This document shows, one piece after another, positions 21,968 to 34,467 of a DNA stretch of 64,000 nucleotides (positions within the stretch are counted from its first letter, which is position 1; every line of letters starts with the position of its first letter). The notes beneath the pieces are model-generated. The model worked only from the letters and a program-made list of their open reading frames with translations, was not told the DNA's origin and did not search any database. A program made the translations under genes and the position numbers. Source of the DNA: Anaeromyxobacter sp. Its GTDB lineage: Bacteria > Myxococcota > Myxococcia > Myxococcales > Anaeromyxobacteraceae. Where the stretch lies: NCBI GenBank assembly GCA_049840735.1, contig JASGJN010000005.1, forward strand, positions 1-64,000. Direction: 5' to 3'.

Positions 21968-24430
21968 CTACCCGAGCTCCGCCACCACGCGGTGCTCGCG
22001 GCCGTCGCCGACCGCCGCGATGGGCTGGGCCGGATCCACCTCCCGGCCGTCCACCGTGAGCCGCGTCACGCCTTTCGAGACGCCGCGTGGATTCCTCACC
22101 TCGACGTGGAAGACGTCGCCGCGGAAGCGCCGCGTGGCCGTGAAGCCGGTCCAGCGCCGCGGGATGCAGGGGTCCACGCGGAGGCCGGCGTGGTCGGGCT
22201 TGAGCCCGAGGATGCCTTGCGAGAGGACCACGTAGGTCCAGGCGGCGGTGCCGGTGAGCCAGCTGTTCTTGGCCTCGCCGAAGCACGGCGCGTCCCTTCC
22301 GGCGATCATCTGCGCGTGGACGTAGGGCTCGGAGCGGTAGGTGTCGAGCTGGTCGGCCTTGGCGCTGGGGCAGATGGTGAGGTAGGAGGCGAGCGCGCGA
22401 TCGCCGTCGCCGAGCTGGCACCAGGCCAGGTGGATCCAGGTGTTCGCGTGGCAGAAGATGCCGGCGTTCTCCTTCACGCCCGGCGGGTAGCTCGAGACCT
22501 CGCCCAGCGCAGGGTCATAGGCGGTGTAGGCCGGCTGCAGGAGCGCGATGCCGTTGGGCGTGACCAGGTGGCGCTCCACGCTCTCCATGGCGCGCCGGGC
22601 GCGGTCGCCCTCCCCCGCGCCGCCCAGCACGCACCAGGCCTGGCTCTCGAGGAAGATCTTCCCCTCGGCGTTCTCGCTGCTGCCCACCGGGCGGCCGGCG
22701 GCGTCGTAGGCGCGCCGGTACCACTCGCCGTCCCAGCCGTGCGCCTCCACCGCGGCCAGGAGCTCCCCGCGCACCGCGCGCAGCTGCTCGGCCCGCGCCG
22801 CCCGGCCCAGGTGCGCGTGGAGCGCGGCCAGCTCGCGCGCCGCGTACAGGAACAGGCCGGCGATCATCACCGACTCGGCCTGCGAGTCCTCCACCCGCCC
22901 GGCGGTCTGGAAGGACTCGTTGGGCTCGGTGGAGAAGCAGTTGAGGTTGAGGCAGTCGTTCCAGTCGGCGTGGCCGATGAGCGGCAGGCCGTGCGGCCCG
23001 CGGTGCTTCATGGTGTACGCGATGGAGGTCTCGAGGTGGTGGAGGAGGGTCTCGCGGTCCTCCTCGCGCGCGTAGCTCCGGTCGGCGTAGCCCACCGGGG
23101 CGTCCAGCACGGCGGCGTCGCCGGTCTCCTTCACGTAGGCGCAGGCGGCCAGCACCAGCCACAGGTGATCGTCGTAGAAGCCGCCGCCGATGTCGGCGTT
23201 CCCCTTCTTCGTGAGCGGCTGGTACTGGTGGTAGCAGGTGCCGTCGGAGAGCTGCGTGGCCGCGATGTCCAGGAGCCGCTGCCGCGCGCGCGCCGGGAGC
23301 ATGTGGACGATGCCCAGCAGGTCCTGGTTCGAGTCGCGGAAGCCCATGCCGCGGCCGATGCCGGTCTCGTACATGGAGGCCGAGCGGCTCATGTTGAAGG
23401 TGGCCATGCACTGGTAGGGGTTCCAGGTGTTGAGCATGCGCCGGACGTGCTCGTCCGGGCACTCGGCCTGGAGGTTCCCGAGAAGCCCCTCCCACTGCGC
23501 GCGCAGCGCGGCGAGGGCGCCGTCCACCGCGCCCGGGGCCGACCAGCGGGCCACCAGCGCGCGGCCGCGCGAGCGGTCGATGCGGCCCGGCCGCTCGAAC
23601 TTGGGCGCGTCGCCCTGGTCCACGTAGGCCAGGACGAAGGAGAAGGTCTCCTCGGCGCCCGGCGCGAGGTCGAGGTCCACCTGGTGCGCGCCGATGGGGT
23701 TCCAGCCGAAGGCCAGCGAGCCCGTGCACCGGCCGGCGAACGGGACCCGCGCCTCGTGCAGCCCCTCGTGCACGCCGACGAAGGCGTCGCGCGAGGTGTC
23801 GATCCCGGCCACCGGGCGCGTGCAGGCGAAGACGGTGTAGTGGCGCCGCCGCTCGCGGTACTCGCTCACGTGGTAGATGGCGGCCCCCTCGACCTCCACC
23901 TCGCCCAGCGAGTAGGTGCGCTGCAGGTTGGTGGCGTCGTTGTTCGCCTCGTAGAGGCAGAACTCCTGGTAGGAGAAGAGCGAGATCGCCTTGCGCGCGG
24001 CGGCGCGGTTCCGCACCGTGACCCGCCACAGCTCGACGGCCTCGCCGGGCGGGACGAAGAACAGCGCCTCCACCTCGAGGCCGTCGCGCTCGCCCAGGAG
24101 CCGCGTGTAGCCCATGCCGTGGCGCGCCTCGTGGCGCACCCCGGGCGCCTTCACCGGCTTCCAGCCCGGGTTCCAGACCGCGCCGCCGTCGCGGACGTAG
24201 AGGTAGCGGCCGCCCAGGTCGTAGGGCACGTTGTTGTAGCGGTAGCGGGTGAGCCGCCGGAGCCGGGCGTCCTTCCAGAAGGTGTAGCCGCCGCCGGTGC
24301 TGGTGCAGAGGCCGAAGAGCTCCTCCTGGCCCAGGTAGTTGAGCCAGGGCAGCGGCGTGTCGGGCCGGGTGATCACGTACTCCCGCCGCGCGTCGTCGAA
24401 GTAGCCGTAGCCGCCGTTCTGCGTCGCCAT
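21968..24430 (-). CDS. Cellobiose phosphorylase (GH94)
   Basis: YGYFDD..REYVIT.PDTP.PW.NYLG, RGMGFRDSNQD, ADWNDCLNLNCFS..P.ESFQT, KENAGIFCH, SWLTGTA. Confidence 0.9.
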   Translation of the reverse strand: MATQNGGYGYFDDARREYVITRPDTPLPWLNYLGQEELFGLCTSTGGGYTFWKDARLRRLTRYRYNNVPYDLGGRYLYVRDGGAVWNPGWKPVKAPGVRHEARHGMGYTRLLGERDGLEVEALFFVPPGEAVELWRVTVRNRAAARKAISLFSYQEFCLYEANNDATNLQRTYSLGEVEVEGAAIYHVSEYRERRRHYTVFACTRPVAGIDTSRDAFVGVHEGLHEARVPFAGRCTGSLAFGWNPIGAHQVDLDLAPGAEETFSFVLAYVDQGDAPKFERPGRIDRSRGRALVARWSAPGAVDGALAALRAQWEGLLGNLQAECPDEHVRRMLNTWNPYQCMATFNMSRSASMYETGIGRGMGFRDSNQDLLGIVHMLPARARQRLLDIAATQLSDGTCYHQYQPLTKKGNADIGGGFYDDHLWLVLAACAYVKETGDAAVLDAPVGYADRSYAREEDRETLLHHLETSIAYTMKHRGPHGLPLIGHADWNDCLNLNCFSTEPNESFQTAGRVEDSQAESVMIAGLFLYAARELAALHAHLGRAARAEQLRAVRGELLAAVEAHGWDGEWYRRAYDAAGRPVGSSENAEGKIFLESQAWCVLGGAGEGDRARRAMESVERHLVTPNGIALLQPAYTAYDPALGEVSSYPPGVKENAGIFCHANTWIHLAWCQLGDGDRALASYLTICPSAKADQLDTYRSEPYVHAQMIAGRDAPCFGEAKNSWLTGTAAWTYVVLSQGILGLKPDHAGLRVDPCIPRRWTGFTATRRFRGDVFHVEVRNPRGVSKGVTRLTVDGREVDPAQPIAAVGDGREHRVVAELG

Positions 24431-24516
24431 GCCTGTGCCGTCCTCGTGCCGGGATCGGCGCCCGGACCGCCGTGCGCCGCGCCCCGCTCCCGGGGCCCGA
24501 CCACGCCTTCCTAGCA

Positions 24517-24530
24517 TGAAACCGTTTTCA
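24517..24530. promoter_or_regulatory. LacI-type operator upstream of GH94-GH9
   Basis: TGAAACCGTTTTCA, 13/14 match to palindrome TGAAAACGTTTTCA. Confidence 0.8.
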
Positions 24531-24664
24531 TGTGCAGGATCCGGTGCCGCACCCGGGCGGCGCCCCCTCGGCCCCCAGCCTGGACCGCTGAATGCAGCCA
24601 TTTTCCGCACCCCGTGGCCGCGCCATACGGCCACGCTCTACCACCCCGGACGGGTCGGGTTGCC

Positions 24665-24678
24665 AGAAAACGTTGTCA
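24665..24678. promoter_or_regulatory. LacI-type operator (auxiliary)
   Basis: AGAAAACGTTGTCA, 12/14 match. Confidence 0.65.
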
Positions 24679-24718
24679 CCAAGAGCGGGCCGGCGGGCGC
24701 GCCGAGCCCCGCCCGCGC

Positions 24719-25750
24719 TCATCGCAGGCGGCGCGTGGTCTCGCGGACCACCAGCTGGACCTGGGGCAGCTCGGCCAGCTCCGGCCGCTCGCCGGCCAGC
24801 ATGCCCAGCACCGAGCGCGCGGCCAGCCGGCCCATCTCGAGCAGCGGCTGGCGCACGGTGGTGAGCGGCGGCGTGGTGAAGACCGAGCCCGGCAGGTCGT
24901 CGAAGCCGACCAGCGAGACGTCCTCGGGCACGCGGATGCCGCGGCGGTAGAGGCCGAGCCGCGCGCCGAAGGCCGCCTCGTCGTTGGCGGCGAAGACCGC
25001 CGTGAACGATCGGTGCGACTCGAGCAGCCGGTTCACCGCCATGAGGCCGCCCGGCGCCTCGAACCCGGCGGTCACCACCAGGTCCGGGTCGTAGGCGACG
25101 CCCGCCTCCTTGAGCGCCTTGCGGTAGCCCTTCATGCGGTCCACCGCGTCGGCGTGCTCGGGCGGGCCGGCCAGGAACGCGATCTGCCGGTGGCCGAGCT
25201 CCAGCAGGTGGCGCGTCGCCAGGTAGCCGCCCAGCACGTTGTCGAGCGTCATCGCGAAGAGGCGGTCGGTCGGCGCCAGCCGGTGCCCGGTCACCACGAT
25301 GGGCACGCTCTGCGAGAACTCCACGATCTGCGCCTCGGAGAGGAGGCCGGTGAGGATGATGATGCCGTCCACGCGGCGGGAGAGGAGCAGCGAGACGCGC
25401 TCGGCCTCCTCCTTCGCGTTCCAGTGGCCGCTCACGATGACCGGGGCGTACCCCGAGTCCGCCAGCCCCTCCTCCACGCCCTTGAGCGCCGCGGTGAAGA
25501 ACGGGCTGTCCACCACCTGCGTGAGGATGCCGATGGACATCCCCCGCCCCTGCCGCAGCCCGCGGGCCAGCAGGTTGGGGCGGAAGTCGAGGCGCGCGAT
25601 GGCGGCCTCGACCGCGCGCCGCTTGGCGTCGGAGACGCGGGCGGTGCCGTTCAGGATGCGGGAGACGGTGCTGGGCGAGACCTTGGCCGCGCGCGCCACC
25701 TCGAGCAGCGTGGAGGCCTGGCCGGCGGCGACCTTGGGGGTGGGCTTCAT
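24719..25750 (-). CDS. LacI family transcriptional regulator
   Basis: TLLEVARAAKVSPSTVSRILN HTH, FRPNLLARGL, LGHRQIAFLAG, VFAANDEAA, SLVGFDD, PPLTTVRQP. Confidence 0.95.
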   Translation of the reverse strand: MKPTPKVAAGQASTLLEVARAAKVSPSTVSRILNGTARVSDAKRRAVEAAIARLDFRPNLLARGLRQGRGMSIGILTQVVDSPFFTAALKGVEEGLADSGYAPVIVSGHWNAKEEAERVSLLLSRRVDGIIILTGLLSEAQIVEFSQSVPIVVTGHRLAPTDRLFAMTLDNVLGGYLATRHLLELGHRQIAFLAGPPEHADAVDRMKGYRKALKEAGVAYDPDLVVTAGFEAPGGLMAVNRLLESHRSFTAVFAANDEAAFGARLGLYRRGIRVPEDVSLVGFDDLPGSVFTTPPLTTVRQPLLEMGRLAARSVLGMLAGERPELAELPQVQLVVRETTRRLR

Positions 25751-25886
25751 CGCCCTCCCTCCATACTGCTTCCTTGAAATGGTTGCCAGCCCCGCGGCCG
25801 CGGCGCGTCCACGGCCCTGGTGGGGGCCATCGCGCGCGCAACCGCTGGAATCGCCGTGGCTCCGTGGCAATCCCTCGCGACCCCCG

Positions 25887-25915
25887 TTGACAGCCCTGGA
25901 GGCGTTGTGCAGTAT
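25887..25915 (+). promoter_or_regulatory. Sigma-70-type promoter of the ABC operon
   Basis: TTGACA-N17-CAGTAT, followed 8 nt later by an operator. Confidence 0.65.
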
Positions 25916-25923
25916 CCGGGTCA

Positions 25924-25937
25924 CGAAATCGTTTTCA
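25924..25937. promoter_or_regulatory. LacI-type operator downstream of the promoter
   Basis: CGAAATCGTTTTCA, 12/14 match. Confidence 0.7.
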
Positions 25938-26119
25938 AGCGCAGCATCACGGCGGGGAGCGGTTCCGGTGGTTCGGGAGAGTCGGCGCGGCACGGGGGCG
26001 TCGGGCGCAGTGTCGGGGGCCTCCGGGCGGCGAGGCGAGGCAGCAGGAGTGGGAGCTTTCCGGTTTCCCGGCGACGGGCCGCGAGGCCCGCGCCGGCGGG
26101 GAACAACGCGGGAGTGAAC

Positions 26120-27465
26120 ATGCGGAAGAACGTGCTCGCAGTGGTGGTGCTGGCGGCCGCGGTGCTGGCCGCCGGGGACGCCCAGGCGGCGGAGCGGCGC
26201 AAGGTGACGCTGTGGAGCTTCGCGCCCAACAACGTCGAGGAGTACAAGGCGCGCAAGGCGGAGGTCGAGGCGAAGTTCAACGTCGAGCTCGACATCCAGG
26301 TGGTGGCGCAGAACGCCTTCGTCCAGAAGCTGCAGGCGGTGATGATGGACGGCCAGGGCGCGCCGGACATCGTCGAGTGGATGATCGAGAACAACCGGAT
26401 CCTGAACGCCGATCCCAAGAAGAGCTTCCTCGTCCCGCTCGACGCCTACGTGGGGAGGTCGCCGGCCTTCGGCAAGGTGGTGCCGGGGCGCGTGGCCTGG
26501 ACCACCTACGGCGGCCACGTCTACGGCCTGCCGCACGACGTCCACCCGGTGGTGCTGGTCTACAACGACACCCTCTGGAAGTCGGTGGGCGTGGACCTGG
26601 CCAGAGATCGAGACCTGGGACGAGTTCTTCGCCGCCGCGAAGAAGCTCACCGCCGAGCAGAAGGACGGCAAGCCCCTCCACTACGCGCTCCCCACCGGGA
26701 ACGACGGCCTCAACAACACCATGTTCATGATCTGGCAGCAGAGCGGCGCCCAGAATCCTGGACGCGAAGGGCGCGCCCACCTTCACCTCGCCGGAGTTCA
26801 AGGCCTTCGTGGCGAAGTGGCTGGAGTGGCAGAAGACCGGCACCTTCACCACCTGGGACTGGGGCAACTTCAAGGCCCTGCTGGCGAACGGCACGCTGGC
26901 CTCCTACACCTCGCCGGACTGGTGGATCCCGCAGGTCAACCTGGCCGCCACGGGCAGCGACGAGGGCGTCGCGACCGCGCTGGCCGACGGCAGCGCGCCG
27001 GCCCGGGCCGAGGTCAAGTACCAGTTCCGCGTCCGCCCCCTGCCGCTCTACCGGAAGGGCAGCCCCATCACCGCGTCCTGGGGCGGCTCGTTCATGGGCA
27101 TCCCGAAGAACACCCAGGACCCCGAGCTGATCTTCGAGATCATGGAGTACCTCCAGTACGACCCGGGCGCCCTCAAGATCCGCTGGGAGAAGACCACCAT
27201 GCTCCCGCCGCTGGCCTCGGTCTGGGACGACGCCATCTTCCAGAAGCCGGATCCGCGGTTCGGCGGGCAGAAGCTCGGCGCGCTGATGGTCTCGAGCGCC
27301 CGGGTGATGCCGAAGGTCAACTCCGGCGACGTGTTCTGGGACGCCATCAACGACTTCACCGCCCAGTACACCGAGATCGCGACCGGGAAGATCACGCTGG
27401 AGGAGGGGCTCGCGAAGACCCAGGAGAAGGTGCAGTTCCGGTACGATCAGGTGAAGCGGATGTAG
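26120..27465 (+). CDS. Sugar ABC transporter substrate-binding protein, two +1 frameshifts (about 26604 and 26754)
   Basis: Signal peptide AQA-A; GAPDIV, YGLPHDVHPVVLVYN, IETWDEF, ASWGGSFMGIP; three frames join. Confidence 0.85.
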
Positions 27466-27474
27466 CGTGGGGGG

Positions 27475-27507
27475 CGGGCCGGGCCGGGGATTCCCCGGTC
27501 CGGCCCG
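27475..27507 (+). terminator. Strong GC stem-loop between SBP and permease genes (mRNA stabiliser or partial terminator)
   Basis: CGGGCCGGGCCGGGG-ATT-CCCCGGTCCGGCCCG; no U-tract. Confidence 0.5.
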
Positions 27508-27571
27508 GCGCCCGGCGGCGCGCGGGGCGCCGCCGGGCGGACCACCGGGGATACGCGGGGACGAGGGAGCC

Positions 27572-28552
27572 ATGATTCCGGTCACCATGGGGGCAGCGCG
27601 GGAGGAGACCCGGCCGGCGGCCCGGGGCGTGACGCGCGCCGCGCGCAGGCGCCGCGACGCGCTCTCCGGCTACGCCATGATCGCGCCCTTCATGGCGCTC
27701 CTGGTGGTCTTCAACCTCTACGTGTTCTGGTCCGGCTTCCGCATGAGCCTCACCGACGGCCAGGGCATCAACGCCGGCGAGTTCGTCGGGCTCCAGAACT
27801 ACCGCGACCTGCTCTGGGCCAACCCCTTCCTCTCCGCCGACTTCTGGCGCGCCGTCCGCACCACCTTCCTCTACATGTTCGGCTGCCTGGCCACGCAGGT
27901 GCCGGTGGCCTTCGTGCTGGCCTACGTCCTCAACACCATCCCGCTGGTCCGCACGCGGGCCGTGCTCCGGGCCGCCTTCTTCCTGCCCGTGCTCATCAAC
28001 ACGGTGGTGACGGCGCTGCTCTTCCGGATGTTCTTCAACAAGGACCAGGGCGTCCTGAACCACCTGCTGGCGGCGGTGGGGCTGCCCCACGACATCAACT
28101 GGCTCATGAACTCGGACTGGGCCATCCCGCTGCTGGTGGCGGTCTCCTTCTGGCAGTGGACGGGCTTCCACATGGTCTACTTCCTGGCCCAGCTCCAGAC
28201 CATCGACCCGAGCCTCTACGAGGCGGCCAGGATGGAGGGCGTCCCGCCGCTGCGCGTGCTGCGCTCCATCACCCTGCCCCTGATGCGGCCGGCCGTGACC
28301 TTCGTGATGGTCACCTCGGCCATCGGCTGCCTCCAGATGTTCGACCTGGTCTTCATGCTCTTCCCGAACGCCACCTACGGCCCGGGGGGCGTGGCCAAGA
28401 CGCTGGTGGCCTTCATCTACGACCAGGGCTTCTCCCAGCAGTTCCTGACCGGCCTCGCCTCGGCGATCGGCTGGCTCACCTTCCTCGCCATCGCCGGCGT
28501 GAGCGCCCTGCAGCTCCGGGTGCTCGGCCTCGGCCGCCACGGTGAGACATGA
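27572..28552 (+). CDS. Carbohydrate ABC transporter permease (MalF-like)
   Basis: FVGLQNY, FFLPV, WQWTGF, EAA loop LYEAARMEG...ITLPLMRP. Confidence 0.92.
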   Translation: MIPVTMGAAREETRPAARGVTRAARRRRDALSGYAMIAPFMALLVVFNLYVFWSGFRMSLTDGQGINAGEFVGLQNYRDLLWANPFLSADFWRAVRTTFLYMFGCLATQVPVAFVLAYVLNTIPLVRTRAVLRAAFFLPVLINTVVTALLFRMFFNKDQGVLNHLLAAVGLPHDINWLMNSDWAIPLLVAVSFWQWTGFHMVYFLAQLQTIDPSLYEAARMEGVPPLRVLRSITLPLMRPAVTFVMVTSAIGCLQMFDLVFMLFPNATYGPGGVAKTLVAFIYDQGFSQQFLTGLASAIGWLTFLAIAGVSALQLRVLGLGRHGET

Positions 28553-29441
28553 GCGCCCGCACCTCCACCGCCCCGGCGTCGCCGCGCCCCAGCCGGCTCA
28601 AGCGGCTCACCTGGCCCCAGCTCGCGGGCGTGGTCCTGCTGTGCCTGGTGGGCGCGGCCTTCCTGTACCCGCTGCTCTGGCTGCTCGACGCGTCCTTCCG
28701 GGCGCCGGTGGAGATCTTCCAGTGGCCGCCGGTGCTGGTGAAGGACTTCCCGGCCTCGCTCCACACCTACACGCTCGACTCGTTCCGGGCCGCCTTCCTG
28801 CACTGGAACGCCGGCTGGGCCCTGCTCATGTCGGTGGTGGTGACGCTGGCGGGCATCCTGCTCACCCTGCTGGTCTGCTCGCTCTGCGCCTACGCCTTCG
28901 CGTTCCTGGAGTTCCCGGGGCGCGGGCCGCTCTTCTTCCTCGTCCTGGCCACCATGATGCTGCCCATGACGACGATGATCGTCCCCTACTACAAGGTGAT
29001 CCGCGGGCTGCACCTCTCCAACAACCTGATGGGCCTGGTGGTGCCCTACGCCGTCTCGGCGTTCGGCGTCTTCATGCTGCGCCAGTACTACATCCGCATC
29101 CCGCGCTCGCTCTTCGAGTGCGCCCGGGTGGAGGGGGCGAACCACCTGCGCATCTGGTGGAGCATCGTGCTGCCGCTCTCGCGGCCAGGCGCTGGCCGCC
29201 CTGGCCATCGTCCAGTTCCGCCAGATCTGGAACGACTTCCTGTATCCGATCGATCATCCTGCGCAGCGAGTCGCTGTTCACGCTGCCGGTCCGGATCCAG
29301 GTGATGGACAGCCAGAACTTCAACAAGCCGTACGACGCCATCATCACCACCGGGTTCATCACCGCGCTGGTGCCGATGGTCTTCTTCCTCATCTTCCAGC
29401 GGCAGTTCATCGAGGGGCTGGCGGGCGGCATCAAGGAGTGA
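28549..29441 (+). CDS. Carbohydrate ABC transporter permease (MalG-like), two frameshifts (about 29187 and 29251)
   Basis: AYAFA...FPGR, FMLRQYY..IP..L.E.ARVEGA, WNDFLYP, FQRQFIEGL.GGIKE; ATGA overlap with upstream permease. Confidence 0.9.
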
Positions 29442-29479
29442 CCGGCGGCCGCCCGGGGCGGCGCTCCGGCGGCGGTTCG

Positions 29480-29493
29480 TGAAAACGTTTTCT
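29480..29493. promoter_or_regulatory. LacI-type operator upstream of the beta-glucosidase
   Basis: TGAAAACGTTTTCT, 13/14 match. Confidence 0.8.
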
Positions 29494-29513
29494 TCAGACC
29501 CGAGAGCGGAACC

Positions 29514-30889
29514 ATGACGGCAGCGATCGACCTCCCCGCGCCCGACCTGGCGGCCTTCCCCCCGGACTTCACCTGGGGCGTGGCCACCAGCGCCCACCAA
29601 ATCGAGGGCGCCACCGCCGAGGACGGGCGCGGCGCATCGAATCTGGGACACCTTCGCCCGCCGCCCCGGCGCCATCGCCGACGGCACCACCGCCGACCCG
29701 GCCTGCGACCACCGGCACCGCTGGCGCGAGGACCTGGCGCTGGTGGCCGAGCTCGGGTTCGACGCCTACCGGCTCTCGCTGGCCTGGCCGCGGGTGCAGC
29801 CGCGCGGCGCCGGCGCCTGGAGCGAGGCGGGGTGGGGCTTCTACGAGCGGCTGCTCGACGCGCTGGCCGAGGCCGGCGTCGAGGCCCACGTCACGCTCTA
29901 CCACTGGGACCTGCCGCAGGCGCTGGAGGACCGCGGCGGCTGGCGCGACCGGGACACCTGCCTCCGGTTCGCCGACTACGCCGCGGAGGCGGCGCGCCGC
30001 CTGGGCGGACGGGTCCGGACCTTCGCGACCGTCAACGAGCCCCTCTGCGTGGCCACCTTCGGCCACGAGACCGGCGAGCACGCCCCCGGCCTGCGCGACC
30101 GCCGCGCCGCCATGCAGGTGGCCCACCACCTGCTCCTCGGCCACGGCCTGGCGCTCCAGGCGCTGCGGGCCGGCGGCTTCCGGGGGGACCGCGGCATCGT
30201 GCTGAACGGCGTCCCGGCCTACCCCGCGGACCCGCGCAGCGAGGCCGACCGGGCCGCGGCCCGGCTGCAGGACGGGCTCTGGAACCGCTGGTACCTCGAC
30301 GCGCTGTTCCTGGGGGCCTACCCCGCCGACGTGCTCACCGCGCTGGGCCCGGACGCGCCCCGGGTGGCCGGGGGCGACCTGGCGCAGGTCGCGCAGCCCA
30401 TGGAGTTCCTGGGCGTGAACTACTACAACCGCGCCTGGTGCAGCGCCGCCGCGCCGCCCGTCCCGCCGCCCTGCGCGGAGGGGACCACGGCCATGGGCCG
30501 GGAGATGCTACCCGGCCGGCCTCACCGACCACCTGGTCCGCGTGGCGCGGGCCTACCAGCCGCCGCCCATCCTCCTCACCGAGAACGGCGCGGCGACGCA
30601 GGACGTGGTGACCGGCGACCGCGTCCACGACGCGGAGCGCATCCGCTACCTGGCCGCCCACCTGGCCGCCCTGGCCGAGGCCCTGCGCCGGGGCGTGGAC
30701 GTCCGCGGCTACTTCGCCTGGACCCTGCTCGACAACTTCGAGTGGGCCCACGGCCTCTCCCGGCGCTTCGGGCTGGTCCACGTGGACCACGCCACGCAGC
30801 GCCGCCTCCCCAAGGACAGCGCCCGGTGGCTCCAGGCGCTGCTCCGCTCCCGGCGCGCCGGTGCGCGCGCCGCCCTCCGGCACGGGTGA
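29514..30889 (+). CDS. GH1 beta-glucosidase, two +1 frameshifts (about 29640 and 30507)
   Basis: FTWGVATSAHQIEG, TLYHWDLPQ, acid/base TVNEP, nucleophile LTENG, WTLLDNFEW. Confidence 0.92.
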
Positions 30890-30893
30890 CCCC

Positions 30894-31991
<1,098 letters not shown>

Positions 31992-32054
31992 CCGGGCGGG
32001 AGGGGCCCAGGGGGGCCCAAGGAGGCCTCGCGCCGGGCCGCCCAGCATCGCGGG

Positions 32055-32068
32055 TGAAAACGTTTTCA
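32055..32068. promoter_or_regulatory. LacI-type operator upstream of the porin
   Basis: Perfect palindrome TGAAAACGTTTTCA. Confidence 0.85.
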
Positions 32069-32162
32069 TGCAGCACGCAGCACGCGCAACACAGGGGAGC
32101 AGGGACGAGAGGGGAACCAGCAGCGGAGACAGCACATGCGCTTCACCAAGGGAGAAGACACG

Positions 32163-33467
32163 ATGAGACACCTCGCCAAGTGGTCAGGGTTGATCCTCGC
32201 GGTGCTGGTCGCCATGCCGGCCGCCGCGGCCGACCTGGAGTTCAACGGCTACGCGCGCGCCGGCGTGGGCCTGGCGGCCGCCGGGGGCGGCCAGGTCTGC
32301 TTCGGGCTGGCCGGCGCCGACACCAAGTACCGCCTCGGCAACGAGTGCGACTACACCCTCGAGCCGACGTTCACGAGCCGCTTCGTGAAGAAGGAGGACA
32401 AGTCCGCCTGGGGCATCGTGGTCATGCCCTCGCTCTACCGCACGTACCAGCAGCTCACGGTCGAGTCCTCCGACGGCGCCGACGTCGGGATGTTCGACAA
32501 CCTGCCGGTCCGCTTCGGGCAGATCTACCTGTTCGGCGAGAACATCCCCGAGCTGGCCAACGGCAAGATCTGGGGCGGGCGCCGCTTCTACGACCGCCTC
32601 CAGACCGGCATCAACGACCAGTTCCTCGAGAACGAGGACGGCGACGGCGCGGGCGTCGAGGACATGAACGTCGGGATCGGCAAGCTCAGCCTGGCGTTCC
32701 TCATGAACCCCAACGACGACGCCCACACCTACCCGACCACGCCGGGCGGGGACCCGGTCGCCACCAACTACATCCGCACCTACAAGGTCACGGCCCGCCT
32801 GACCGACCTGCCCACCATCCGCTCCGGCGCGAAGGGCGCCCTCTCGGTGTGGGGCGGCTGGTACACGAGCTCGCTCGCCAGCGACGCGCCCGACACCATC
32901 AGCAAGCCGGACGACATGTACCGGATCGCCGTCTACCACACGCTCGACGTGACGGACCACGGCATGGGCAACAACCTCTTCGGCGGCAAGGTCGAGCTGG
33001 GCGAGAACCACCAGCTGTGGCGCGTGGTGCTCCAGCACGGCCTGATGGTGAAGTCGCTGGCGACCGGCATCGACTTCCTGACCGAGTACCGCTCGGCCAA
33101 GAACCGCGACGACGAGGACGCGCCCTGGGCGACCGACAACTGGTTCACCATCGGCGCCCGGACCGACACGCACATCTCCGGCCCGTTCCGGTTCCTGATC
33201 GAGGCCGGCCACGACATGGTCGATCCGGATGAGGGCGACACGCAGCAGCTCACCAAGGTGACCGGCGCCTTCGCCATCAGCTCCGGCGAGGACCCGGGGT
33301 CGCGCCCCACCATCCGCATCTTCTACACGCACGGCTTCTGGAACAAGGCGGCGCAGGGCGACGGCGGCGTGTACGACCACTGGCAGAGCGGCGCGCGGCT
33401 GAAGGAGGTCTACGGCAACGACACGAACGGCGGCTCGTTCGGCGTCCAGGCCGAGGCCTGGTGGTAG
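32163..33467 (+). CDS. lamB: LamB/maltoporin-family carbohydrate porin
   Basis: Signal peptide; [36 protein letters not shown]-terminal FGVQAEAWW. Confidence 0.9.
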   Translation: MRHLAKWSGLILAVLVAMPAAAADLEFNGYARAGVGLAAAGGGQVCFGLAGADTKYRLGNECDYTLEPTFTSRFVKKEDKSAWGIVVMPSLYRTYQQLTVESSDGADVGMFDNLPVRFGQIYLFGENIPELANGKIWGGRRFYDRLQTGINDQFLENEDGDGAGVEDMNVGIGKLSLAFLMNPNDDAHTYPTTPGGDPVATNYIRTYKVTARLTDLPTIRSGAKGALSVWGGWYTSSLASDAPDTISKPDDMYRIAVYHTLDVTDHGMGNNLFGGKVELGENHQLWRVVLQHGLMVKSLATGIDFLTEYRSAKNRDDEDAPWATDNWFTIGARTDTHISGPFRFLIEAGHDMVDPDEGDTQQLTKVTGAFAISSGEDPGSRPTIRIFYTHGFWNKAAQGDGGVYDHWQSGARLKEVYGNDTNGGSFGVQAEAWW

Positions 33468-33636
33468 GGGAAGCCTGAGGCGCGCGGCCCGGCTCCCCTC
33501 GACCGGGCCGCGTAGGGGGACGAGGAGCCGGCCGCCCCCGGCTCCCGTCCGCCCGCAGTCCCCGGAGCCGGGGCGTGTCCTCGCCCCGGCGCCGGGCTGC
33601 CGCGGGACCCGCCGGCGCGCTCGCGGCCGGCAGGGC

Positions 33637-34338
33637 TCAGCGGCTGCGGGTCGCCAGCTCCAGCGCCCGCGCCAGCACCGCGTCGAGCATGGCCGGCGTG
33701 AGCCTGCCGGTCTGCGTGTTCTGCTGCGACGGGTGGTAGGTGCCGAGGAGCCAGGGGCCACCCGGCGCCTGCCAGGCGGCGCCGTGGGCGAAGCGCGGGC
33801 GCGGCCGCGGGACGGCCACGCCGGCCCGGCCCAGCGCCGCCAGCGCGGCCTCCCAGCCCACCACCCCCAGCGCCAGCAGCACCCGGGCACGGCCGAGCGC
33901 GGCCAGCTCGCGGTCCAGGAACGGCGCGCAGCGGGCCAGCTCCCCGGGCGCGGGCCGGTTGTCCGGCGGCACGCAGCGGCAGGCGTTGGTGACGAAGGCG
34001 CCGCGCAGGCGCAGGCCGTCGTCGCGGCCGGCGGAGGTGGGCTGCGAGGCCAGGCCGGCGCGGTGGAGCGCGGCGTAGAGGAAGTCGCCCGAGCGGTCGC
34101 CGGTGAACATGCGCCCGGTCCGGTTGGCGCCGTGCGCCCCCGGCGCCAGCCCCACCAGCACCACGCGGGCGGCCGGATCGCCGAAGCCGGGCACCGGGCG
34201 GCCCCAGTACGCCTCGGCGAGGTAGGCGCGCCGCTTCACGCGGGCCACCTCCTCGCGCCAGGCCACCAGGCGCGGGCAGGCGCGGCAGGCGGTGATCTCG
34301 GCGGCGAGGTGGTCGAGCGCGGCGGTGGGCCTGAGCCG
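33637..34338 (-). CDS. Uracil-DNA glycosylase, Fe-S family 5 (UdgB-like); start codon unresolved
   Basis: [51 protein letters not shown]. Confidence 0.88.
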   Translation of the reverse strand, partial: RLRPTAALDHLAAEITACRACPRLVAWREEVARVKRRAYLAEAYWGRPVPGFGDPAARVVLVGLAPGAHGANRTGRMFTGDRSGDFLYAALHRAGLASQPTSAGRDDGLRLRGAFVTNACRCVPPDNRPAPGELARCAPFLDRELAALGRARVLLALGVVGWEAALAALGRAGVAVPRPRPRFAHGAAWQAPGGPWLLGTYHPSQQNTQTGRLTPAMLDAVLARALELATRSR

Positions 34339-34340
34339 CC

Positions 34341-34396
34341 CCGGTCGTCCTTCGACTCCGCGCCCGCTCCGCGGGCGCTACGCTCAGGATGACCGG
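34341..34396 (-). repeat. REP-like hairpin element, copy 3
   Basis: CCGGTCGTCC-TTCGACTCC-GCGCCCGC-TCC-GCGGGCGC-TACGCTCA-GGATGACCGG. Confidence 0.8.
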
Positions 34397-34440
34397 GATG
34401 TCCGGGCGGAGAGAACCGTCCCGCGACCGGGATGTCCGGG
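34391..34440. repeat. 16-bp direct repeat
   Basis: GACCGGGATGTCCGGG at 34391-34406 and 34425-34440. Confidence 0.75.
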
Positions 34441-34467
34441 TGGCGACGCCATCCCGCGTCCGGCCGG

